A stretch of 64,000 bases of DNA, taken from Zootoca vivipara. Its lineage: Eukaryota. The position numbers and the translations under genes were made by a program. Positions 49,767-61,700 of this stretch are shown piece after piece. How positions within the stretch are numbered: the stretch's first letter is position 1; every line of letters begins with the position of its first letter. The stretch is from NCBI RefSeq assembly GCF_963506605.1, contig NC_083282.1, positions 47,430,001-47,494,000 on the forward strand, given 5' to 3'. The notes below the pieces were generated by a model. The model ran no database searches. It saw nothing but the letters and a program-made list of their open reading frames with translations, and was not told the origin of the DNA.

Positions 49767-52700
49767 CTGGAGGAAATGGAAAAATCACATTGCTTTGTTT
49801 TAACTATAGAAAATACCCCAAAGAGATGAGCCAGGATGAGGGATAGCCAGGAACACAACAGAAAGGACAAAAAGAAAACAGGGGTTGGAATTATTGGGCA
49901 ATTTCCAAGGTCTACAGCAGGCATCCCCAAACTTCGGCCCTCCAGATGTTTTGGACTACAATTCCCATCATCCCTGACCACTAGTCCTGTTAGCTACGGA
50001 TCATGGGAGTTGTAGGCCAAAATATCTGGAGGGCCGCAGTTTGGAGATGCCTAGTCTACAGCAAAGAACAAGGCCCACTGACAGTTCTTGGACACTTTGT
50101 GACACTCCTGGACACTGCCTGTTCACCTGCCCCCTCTCTAAGCAGTAAGGAAGCAGTGAGAGGAGCTAAAGAACCTCTGCATGTTTTTATCCTCTCTACC
50201 TCTCTCTAGGAGGTGGTAGGCTAACTTGGGGAGTGGGGGCTCACTAACAGCATCTTGTTCAATCCTCCTTGCAGAAAAGTAGAACTGAAACTGAATGGGA
50301 GTTGGAACACTTAGGCTTTTGCTTTGCTCACAACCAGTTGTTGTGCAAAGACGACTGTTACTGTGTTAATCCCAGAGCAATATGACTATAAAGTACGTAA
50401 GGTGCCTTTTTAAATTGGATCAGCATCTACAATAGCAGAACAGAATCTCTTAGATAATATAAAATACCAAGTGAGTCTAGAACATGAGGGACTTATACAT
50501 CCCAGTCAACTTTTGATCAGCCCCTCCCACTGGCAATACAGCACCACCAATGGCTGCATGTGGCCCTTGGGAACAAAACGGTTGCCCACCCCTGCTCTAG
50601 GAAAAAGGGGCCAAAAGGAAACATTTTCTGGGGAAGAGCAGAAGGGGAAAGTGAGCTGAATAACAACATGTTTACGTAAGGATTGTGTTGGTTGCTTCTT
50701 GCGTTTCATAAGGATCCCCAAGGTTGACTGGAGGTCAAGAACTTGAGTACGGGTGACCTTCAGTTCTCTCCGCAGCTCATTTATTTCCTTGATGAGGCTC
50801 ACATTTTCCTACAGAAACAAAGCAGATTGTCAGAAGGTCGTTGTGGCTACTCTAGAGTAACTCCGCTTGAGTCCAGTTTGTCTTCAAAGACGTTTATTGT
50901 GCTAATTATTTACAGTGTAGAGACAGCTTAAAACATGACCTCTCATTCCAAATCAGAATCCGGCAATGGCGTATGTCTGTTCCTATGCCAGCAAAGTAGT
51001 CGGGGCACCCCCAAAACGCCTCCCCCTTGACCTGCGTTGCGGCGCTCTCCTTAATTCCTGCGCCAGAAGGAGCGGTGCCCTTTCAGTTTCCTCCCTGAGC
51101 GGTCGGTGACAGGGCTCTCCAACATCCCTGAGCTCCTGTCTGCATCTCTCTGCCCCTGAGCTTTCCCATTGTTCCTCACTATGATTTTCTCTTCCCCTCC
51201 AAGTCTCTTCCTCCCCCTCTGGCTGCTTCAGACCCACTGTTGCTCTCTGTGCTTGATGAGGTGGACGTCAGGATGATGGGGGCTGGCTCCCTGCAGGGAG
51301 TCACCCTTACACAGATGCTTTGGGATATAAAGGAATGGAGGATGCCTCTTGTGTTCTCCACATCTACCAGGCATGCATTGCCTATCTATTAAAACAAAAC
51401 AGGGGTTCTCCTGACCTCCGCAGAGCCAATTTAGGGGGGCACATGGGAAAGCCTGGTTGTGCCAGTAGAAGTCCTTGTGTAGGGCTTCTGCTGATGGGAC
51501 TCGTTAGGTGAATCCTACCCACAGTACTTTTCAAATCCACATTTGAAATTCTTTATTTAAACTGAAATTTCTGGACCTTCTGGACCTGGGAATGGAGCAA
51601 ATAGAACTTTTTTCTTATAGCGGTTTAGAAGAGTGGACCTACCCACTTCCCCTCACAGTGCTAGTACCTGCATGATGCGCACATAGTCTGCACGATGTGC
51701 CTCGCCTTCTTTTATCACCTTCTTTTTCAGTGTTGCCAGGTTGCGCTCAAGATGCTCTCGCTGCCGTGTGTACTCTTGATGCAAGTCTGTGTCAACGCCA
51801 ACAATTTCCACCTGATGAAGCAAATGAAGTGAGCTCCAAAGAAGTATGGTGGGTATGTGCTGCTGAGAGAGAAGAACTTTCACTTACCATATCTGCCTTC
51901 TGCACATACTTTTCATAGATATCCCGGATGCTCTCCTTCAGTTTCTTGGGTTCCTGGATGAGGCCTACACAGTTGTGAAGATCTGTTTTAAATCGCTTGA
52001 CAAGTGCTTCCATGTCTCGTTCCTGCAGTCAGAAGAACACCAAAGCTTGATGCAGCCGAATACATTGTCTGTTGGTGAGGCTTCCTTGCTCTAGATCAAA
52101 TTACTTCTCACAAATTGTCTGTAGGACAAATACTGGCCAGAGGGTACCCAACCTATCAGGACAGTGGTAGGATGGACCCTGTTAAACATTTTAAATCCCA
52201 CAATACTTCTTCATCACTTGAATTTCCAGCTCTACATAGCTTGATAACCGACAGCTGAATGTATAAGTTGTCTTCAGGAAAAAGCAGAGCATTCAGTTTT
52301 AGGAGATACAAAATAATGTGAAAGCCTGAAATGAAATTGTTGTTTTACATATGCAAGTCATCAAGTCATGGACAGGCATGTGCGAAGTCACCTATTAAAT
52401 TATTAGATTAGAGCAGCCCCAACATTACCTTGCTCTAATGTGAAATTTAAACACTAGATTCAGTGGAAGAAAATTTCAATTACCATTACAGAATCATAAA
52501 GATGGAAGGAAACTTTAGAGGTCATCTTAGTCTGTATATGACACCCTAAAGAAGGACCAGTTATAATTTGGTGTACCACTTTTTTCAGCTGCCATTTGAC
52601 ACACCTTTTGCATCTCTTTGTGCATCTCCCGGTCTGTAGCTTTCAGTTTTAGCCGTAGCTCTGATATGTTCAGTTCAAGTTGTGTGTTCTGCTTGTGGAA

Positions 52701-55700
52701 ACGTTCCAGCTCTCCTTCCATCTGCACAGATGCATGAGAAGAGGAGAAATTTTAAAGGGGGCCTGCGGCCTGCTATGGTCTTCAAGCTGGCCCAGTTTCA
52801 GGGCTGGGAGTGGGCTGCCTAATCTGCTTCTCACCTCCTGGATCTGCTCCTTCATAGCTTTGATATCATTCTCACGTGGCTCTATTTGCTTCTTTAACTC
52901 CTTTATTTTATAATCTAGTACAAATTTGAACTTCTCCAGTTCCTGATTTTTTTTCTTTAGATCGTAAATTCGCTTCTCCTGGGAAAAATAAAATAGAGAC
53001 ATGAGGTGAGCAGTGTCTAAAGAGACACAGGGATCTCTTACAACTTCAACCCTACATCAGTGGAGTCAAGAGACAATGTGTGGGATGGTGGCATATGAGG
53101 AGAAAAAGGGGAAAGTGTCAGAAATATCAGAGAAGGGATAATGAATTCTAAGCTCCATCCTTCAGACTGGGAGGCAGACACAGAGAGGCATTGCTTAGTG
53201 GGTCAGAGTCTTTGTAGATTTGGACAGCAAAATCCAGCTGGGGGTAGAGGGGTGGGAAAGGAGCATAGATCCAAGCACCTCACCTTGTCTTGAATGGTCT
53301 CATCTCTTTCTTGAATCTCTCTCTTCAGCCCCTGGATGTCCTTCTCTAAGGCTTTAATGATTCCTTGCAACTTTTGCTGCTCCAACTTCATTGCCTCAAT
53401 GTCACTGCAGCGCTCTTCAATCTCTTTCTGCAGACTGTTGAACTACAGAAAAAAGCATAAGGTATCTCTCAGTCTGAAGCCAGTGTCTCACCCAGCAACA
53501 GTTCCATGAGAATTGCTGACAAGAATCAGTGAAAGCTACATGGTGGGGGCATCTCCATATCCCTGTACAGCTGATGCCTTCAGGAAGCAGAGTTGATGAT
53601 GGCCCATCAACTGATGGACAGCGAATTCAAACCTGCAGGATTGGCTGTGCAACCAAATCTCCCATGGGAAAGTCGGTCAAACAGCTGATTCTTGCATAAA
53701 GGAGCTTTGCCAACCCTATACTGGGTGCTTGGAAAATGCTGAGCATGCCAAGCACTTTGCATAGAACTTCCCAAACACCTAATAGGCAGCTGGATATTGG
53801 GAAGTGCTGCATAAGGGAGTTGGACAGGTGGGTTGGATGATCCACCTGTCAATCATCTGACAATTAAAGAAAAACAAGCATGCAAGGGCCATTTGTACAA
53901 TTCACATTTAATTTGGCCCTTTGCTAGCATTCCAGCCTTTAGATAAAACCTTGCATTTTAGGAAATAATTTTACATTAGATATAAAACAGATTTTTGTTG
54001 ACATTTCTGTGACACTGTTTTGATAGACAGTTGGGTATTAAAATTTGTTTTGCTTTTTATAAATTTAATCTACTCTTATTATCTATTTTTATTGTCATTT
54101 TGTTGGCAGAGAAAGTGGTATATACATCTTGAAATAAATGACCACAAACCAGAAGTCTGATAGCCTGAAACAGACGAGCATACCTTCTTCCTCATGATTC
54201 CTGTCTCCCCTTTTAGCCGCAAATTTGATTCTCTTTCCTCACGAAGTCGCCTCTCATACTTAATTTTTATGTCCTGGATTTCTCGATCCTCGTCTTCTTC
54301 AATTTGTTTCTTAGTTTCCTCAAATTCTCGGAGCTGAGTTCTTGATTCATCTTGAGCCTGAAAGTTAGGAAGCAGAAAAGTAAAAAGGTGTTAAAGGAGC
54401 CACATTGTTAAGGGATCAGGCTGAAATGATTGCCTGGGAGAGGCAAGACCCTGGGCTAGTTTGGAGATGAGGCAGATTGACACAAGCTCTCTGGGGATGA
54501 CAATGCAGCAACATGATGTTACAGTCCAGGAGGCTTAATTACATGTTACAAAAGCACTGAATGGCCCAGTTCATAAATTAGCGGTGGGTAAGTGGATCTG
54601 ACCGATGCACCATATTTTTACCTCCACCGACCTTGCAGGTGAACTCTGACAGGTGGGCGAGTCTGGATATAAAAAAAAGTATATGTATGGAAAGGTGAAT
54701 GGTAGAAAGATCCAGCTACTTATGTCACTCTGAGTATAGTAAGGATGGGAAAAATGAGAGTTTGGAGCTTTCATTGACTTCAGCCAGAAAGGACAGGTAA
54801 ATAGGGTTGAGCACAATCTACTTGAAGAGTACTTTAAACTAGCATCTCTGTAGTTGTGAAACTTGCTTAGTAGGATTCCTCTCCAGTAGAGCGGCTCTTT
54901 TGGGAGGGGAGGGGTGTTATTGGAATGTTGTTTTTATTTTGATTATATATTTTGTTGTTTTTATGTTGATCTTTTCTGTGAACTGGCCTGAGATCTCCGG
55001 GTATAGGGTGGTCTATTAATCCAATAAATAACCTGACACATACAAGCTTCAACATACAGGCTTCTAGACAATGATTAAAGAATTGTGTTCTTTTTGTTTT
55101 AAGTATGAATGTTGTCATACAGAGACTTTTTGTTGGCGTGGTTTACTTTTACTTTTTGAAATATGGCAACCCTATCTATGCCAGAAACAGGTCAGCCTGC
55201 CTAGGGGTTTTATCTGAGAGAACTGTAAGTTAAACGCACTAATATGTGGCACTCAGGGAAGAAGAAGACTGGAAAGATCTGTGTTTGGGATGGGAGATGG
55301 CTGCCTAATCAGGAGGGGCAAGGACAAGAGTGTACACAGATCAGAGCTCAACTTCAGAGCTAGTGGAAGTCAGAAGAGCGATGAAGGGCTGAATCAGTAG
55401 TAACTTCAAGTATAGTAGAACTGTGCCCATCCTTAAAAATAAATAAAAATGAAACCATCACAGCTCATACCTCTTCCAGCTGAGTGGTTTTCTCAAGCAG
55501 CTTTGCCTCATAATATTCTGTCAGCTCCTCCAGCGCCTGGTTTTTGTGCTCTTCCATTTCATGAAGCTGCTTCTCATAGTCCTCCTGCATGCGTTGGGAT
55601 TTCATCTGAAGCTCCTGGTACTTCTCAAACTCCAGCAGAAGCTTCTGGTTATTGCCAGATTCTGACCCAAAGAGCGAGTAAAAAACAAATTAATGTGTGT

Positions 55701-58700
55701 GGGAGGAGGGAAGATGTATTACAGAGTAAGGTATGTCTTGTCCTCTCCCAATTGTCCTTAGTCTTAGGGAGGCATTTTAGACCCCACATCTTGGTGCCTG
55801 CTCACATTTCTCTCTTCTAACTCATACTATTCCTCAATCACTAGCTTTGAAGCCCCATTTGCACACTCTTTACAGGTGCGTCTACATCAGAACTTCATAC
55901 TCAGTAGTTCTGGCTCTTTAGGCACAAATGAAAATACTGGGGGATTAACTTTTAACAAAAGTGGGAATGATGTGACGTGCATAATGCTGTGCAGATGCTA
56001 AGATGATACAGACTGCTCCACTTGTGGTGGTTTTGCAATGACATTAATATACCGATGGCCATGGAAGAAGTGCGCAGTAAAACCTTGTTTCTGGGTGGCT
56101 TGCAGAGATAAGATGCTTTAAAAAGGTATCTCCAGTTTTCAGAAAGTTACCTACCTTACTATGCCCTGATTATCTATTGCCCCTTTATGTTCTTCTTTAT
56201 AAGGTTTGTTCATTTCTTCCTGCCTTTATTCGCAGGAGATATAATTATAATTTAAAAGATGAGTTAATTCCAGTTACATTCAAGCAAATTATTGTCAATA
56301 GTCCTCTAAGTTGCCCCTTTGCCATGACCGACAAACACTCAGCACAGGGAAAGGTTTTCATCTTTCACCATGGGGACTGAAGCCCTTTCTCACAGTCTGC
56401 AGGAAAGTGTGACTTAAAGTCCTCCTAACCTAGGTCTTGCACCTCTCTTGCCTGCTTCTCCGTTAGTTCTGCAACTTGTTCCTGGTGCTGCGCTTCCTGC
56501 TTTTCTTTAGCTGCTTTCAAGACCTGAAATACATAGAGGATGAGAATTACACCTGAAACTAGGCATACCAACCTTCAAATCCCTCAGGTGACTGCATGAT
56601 GGGGAAAAGACACAATAATGCTGAGAGTCGTAGTTATTGCTTGACCCTCACCTGGTTTTTGGTTTTCAGTGATTCCATTTCCTGGATGAATTTCTCAGTT
56701 AGTTCTTTAATCTTTTCATTATAATTCATGTCCTTGAGGCGCAGCTGGTACTCATTTTCCATCTTCAGTTCCTCTACACGTGTTTTTAGTTCTAACATGA
56801 TCTGAGTCTGCAGGGTAAGGAATCATAAGAAAAGACGTTGATGGCAAAACATTCAGATATGCAAATTAAATAAAAATCTATTGTACACAGTATCTTGCCA
56901 GATCTGTATTTTAGGGCTGTTTCATATGTTAAATTTGCCTTGGATACACACAAGGCATTTCAGGGGGAATTCAAAACAGTGGCTAATCATTCCATTAGTG
57001 CAAGCATTCTAGCATGCCAGGCAGAACAATGCCCTCTCTCTTCGCCCTGAATGCTATTCTGGGGGTTCTCCCAACCCCCACCGAGCCCATTTCAAGCAGG
57101 TGGGGAAAGAAGCCCTACTGAGCAAGCGGAAGTCCTTGTACTGATGGGTGCCAGTTAGGTGAATCCTGCCCTTCACATTTATCTGAAAAACTATTATATA
57201 TAAAGACAGCATATATTGTATCTGGCCATATATAGGCATTTCCTATAATATGTGAAGTTGGTTTCAGGACAGGAAGCAATGTAGCTCACGAGCTACATTT
57301 TAAGTGTACAATGTTTGATTCTTGTATTATAAGGCTAATTCAAACCTGCTGTCATCTCTCTACTAGGGCCATGATACGTACTGGGTAAGTGCTGACCCCA
57401 TGGAGATAAAGCACATTTGAGTTAGTTGATACAAAGTCTTCTGATGTGTTCTCTTCCCACTTCAAATTCTCATGTACTGACCTTCTCTTCCATGTCTGTT
57501 CTAGTGATCAATACTTCATCAGAGTATGGCACATCTCTCTCCCTTTTCAACCCCCGCCCTTCTTTGTCATAAACTTTCCAGATAAATATACAGCCATCCT
57601 CTGCAGATGTTAGTAGGAACTGATCATCAGCTGTTATGGACATCTGTGGAGAAAAAAAGGCATACTGAACTCTAATAAAACACAATTGGAGAGTCAGAGA
57701 AAAGAAAGGGCAGTTGGCAGAATCAGAAGAAGATGCTCCGGTTGGATTAATAAGGATCAATTAGCCATCTATATATATAAAAATGTAAAAGGGACATGTT
57801 TGTTAGTCTCCACCTTTCACCGAAACCGTTTGACCGATTGTGTTCAAATTTGGACACAATGTCACATGCGGATATGCGAGGGTTTGCATACCGTTTGCGT
57901 AGATAGATGTCACACCTATGGCAGGTAAAGCAGGTAAAACCCACTGTTCCTGAACACAAAACTCAGACAGCCGGGGATGCTGGGAGCACAGGAGAGGTTG
58001 CAAAACAGCGCCCTCTAGCAACGGCTACACTGGTACTGCAGCTAGGAAAGCTTCCCTCTCCACAGCATCTCGGCTCGACTTTGCAGACTAGGCCGAGGGG
58101 ACAGGATAGGACATGGATCGGGACAGGGTGGGGCCAATCACAGGGATGCACCGGGGGGGGGGGAGGGAACAAAATAGGTCATGGGTCGGGACAGGGTGGG
58201 GGGAGTCACAGGGATGAGCAGGGGGTGGGGGGGAGAATAGGTCATGGGTCGGAACAGGGTGGGGGCAGTCACAGGGATGAGCCACAGCAACGTGTGGCCG
58301 GGCCAGCTAGTTATTTATAAAATATATTCATCTCTCTTCTCCACTTTCTCCATTATGCTCCAAGCATTCCTCATGCCATTTGTCAAGCTGCTGTCCATTC
58401 CTCAGAATCCATTTCATTAACAACTTGTCCTTGTTTTCAGTGTTTTTTCTATTTGCTCTCATCAGTCTCAGTCTTATCTTTTTAATGAGGTACAGTAGTA
58501 GACTGATTTTAAACATGACACCAAGAAGCACAGTCACCCTCACCCCCTTGCTCTCAACATTACTGGAACCTATGGTGAAAGTATCAGTGATAAACAAGCC
58601 TTCTGGGTGAAATAACATTATAAAAATAGGACTGTACAGCAACAGTGTTGTAAATGTTGCACTCCAGGGTCTGAGAAGCTAGCAACCCAGAGAGATTTCC

Positions 58701-61700
58701 CCTACACTCTCCCAGCTTAATACATTCAGCTTGGAAGACTCCGAGAATGAGGCTGATGGGTGTAGTGTTTAGGTAGAACTCATTCTCATTACTTTCCTCA
58801 TTACTGTGATTAGATACTCTGTTGTCTATTGTCATTCTTATTAAGCTACTTTGATGCACGATAAATATATTTAGATATGCCCATTTGTGGCTCATTGCGT
58901 GATATAAGCTGTGCCTCCTTTCATTATTTGTTGCTGCAGACTCAGAAAAAGAAGGGATAAATAAAGGCTATGGCAATTAAGTTGAACTGGAGACTGACTT
59001 GGCCTTTACCTTGGTGACTGGACCAGCATGGGCTTGGTATTCATTGAATTCCTTGTGCACAGGTAGTGGGTATTTCATGGTCCGAATGGTCCCTGCAGAG
59101 GTTCCAGCGAACACCATGCGTCCAGAATGAGATACCACTATGAAAGTGTAGGCAACTTCAAAAGTGGGCACTTCTCGCAGTATCTGAAAGAAAGGACACC
59201 CATCATGCTTTTAGCAAGTCACTCAGCAAGGATTAAATTTGCACTGGAAAGTGGCAGAGGGTACACATATCCACCATTCATTCTCTCCATTGTGAATGTC
59301 CTGCTATCCTCTCAACACCTCAAGTCATGAATTTCCCTCTCAACTTTATAACTGGGAAGAAACCCACAATTTTTGGCAACCAAGGCAAGGTATAGATTCC
59401 CTAGATGGCTACACTCTTATAAAGAAGAAGAACGAAACTATGAACACAATTGTCACTACGTGGGATAGGCAACCACTGGTGTTAAAAGCTGGAGGGGGGG
59501 CGAGACTGCAAGCCACAGCACTGGGTTCATTGAGCTTCACTTTCTTCTGCATTGTTTGCTGCACTTTGATCAGCTCCATAAGTGTCTGCACATGAGCTCA
59601 CCGCAGAATCACAGATCTCCTTGATGCTATGATCAGATCCGACAGCAAATATGACTTTTGCATCGGGTGATATTGCCACTCCATTGTAGCTGCAGGACTT
59701 CAGCACACACTCAGATTCTCTCTTGCCATTCTGGAGGTTCCATTCATATACTGCCCCATCTGTGCCACAGGAGACAAGTTTATAGTCATCCATGCTCCAA
59801 ACAACTGCACGTACCTGGAGGGGGGGATGAGAATATATATAGAATGCTCAGGCAATCCTTACTTAGGCACAAGAGGCAGGTTGCTGCTTGGTACTCTGCC
59901 TGTTTACCTGGTGTCATTGCATCAAACCTTTTACATAAGAGACTCACAGAACACAGCCCCTTTTCACCCTGTGTACTTTGTGCTCACAGTTTACCTGTAA
60001 GCAGTTAAGATAAAGATTCCCATTATAATCCAGCAGGTCAGGCTAAGAGGGTCAGGAATTATGTTCATGAACTGAATCCAGAGTTATAACAGCTCACACA
60101 TTTGGTCTCCAAACACATCATAGCTAATAGCCAATGGCAAGGAAAGGCCTGCAGATTATCATGTCCTTGTTGCTCCTCAGGTTTTGTCTTCCCCTGCTCA
60201 AAGTTCTATGCCTTTTTTGACAAATCAATAAAAAGTGAATAACAAAAAAACATGCTCTGTAGTTTTCGAACCCATACATATTTCTAATAACCCAGTTAAA
60301 ATGTATTCGCTTCATTTTCACATTCACCTTGCTCTCATGTATATCGTAATAACTTAAAACTCTTTATAAATACTGGAGTCAATTATAAAATTATTTATGA
60401 AACTCTTCCAACTTATAAGAAATTATCTGTCTACTTGCCTGGAGGCAATTCTCATCACAGAAGAGTGGCTATTTACAAACTTGCTTTATTCTGTTTAACC
60501 TTTTCCCTTATCGGTAATAAGTCTTATCTCATTCCATCCCAGATAGTCCCCTTACTTTCCTTAGCAAAGCTTCAGCTTCTTTCACTATAAATTGGACTCA
60601 GAGCACAAAATGGTGAGATAAGAGGGGACTGAACCCCTGTAGGTAATCATGGGTGGAACTTAGGGAGATATCTCAAAACATTTCATAAGCTTGGAATTTA
60701 CCTATTTGTGATCACTAGGGCATCAAAGCAGGACTAATGACAGTTCAAGAGGAATCCACTTGCTCCTTATAATTCATTGGGTCAAAGTTCTTAAATTCAG
60801 GATATTTCAAGTCTCTTTTGCACTGATATTTGGGAGGCCAATTACGGCAAGGGATGTTGGAGGGAATGTCGTCTCTACAGTCATCTAACAGGTTGTTGGC
60901 AATTCAGTAAACAAACATTACATAATATACAGTATATGTTTTCTGGATAAGCCAAGCCCAGACAAACAAAAGCACTTTTAAGCCCTACTATTTCAGCAAG
61001 AGGAATTTAAGCACATTCCTATTAAAATCAGTAGTAAGTCCCACTGAGTTCAATTGGACTTACTCCCAGCTATGTGTGTATAGGATTACAAAGTACTGTA
61101 AAAATGCTGGCTTTTTTTAAAAACCTAAGCTATTGCACATAGCAGAGGAGAAAATTGATTGTTCGTGAAAAGTGATCCAAATTATATCTGCACTGCCAGA
61201 GAATTATACTCAGGAGCACCTTGGAATATTTTTAATCCTTCACTCCTACTCTTTAGTTTCTAGTTCCTTTGTAATAAAAAAGGGAATTCAGCCATAGGCA
61301 GAGCCTCCAAACCAGCTTCTTGAGAGATCTTGTTCTTTTGGCATTTCAAATATATTCAGTTTAATGTACTATTTTACCTGTATTGTAGGCATCACTTACT
61401 GACCTTCCCATTGTGTCCTTTCAAGTTAATGATGTTTTCAAAACTTGTGGCAGAATAAATGTGAATCACATTTCCATTTACTGCTGCAAACAGATGACCT
61501 CCTGTACTGAAGGCACACTGTAGAGAGAAGCAGGAGACAGCATGAAGCAATGAGACTTCACATAGGTTACCTCTTTGTGAAGGTACCAGATATCCATAAT
61601 TTGGAGGTGATGCAGAAAACAGCCTCTAATCATCCTTCATCACAACCAGATGCATCTGTTGTCAGAGAGTGGTATCCTGCTATTTTGTGCCCCTCCTTTG

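Noticed and set aside
50983-51237. Glu/Arg-rich ORF as an extra CFAP57 exon
   Set aside because: Lies within the solo LTR; the flanking exons already join in frame as in human CFAP57.
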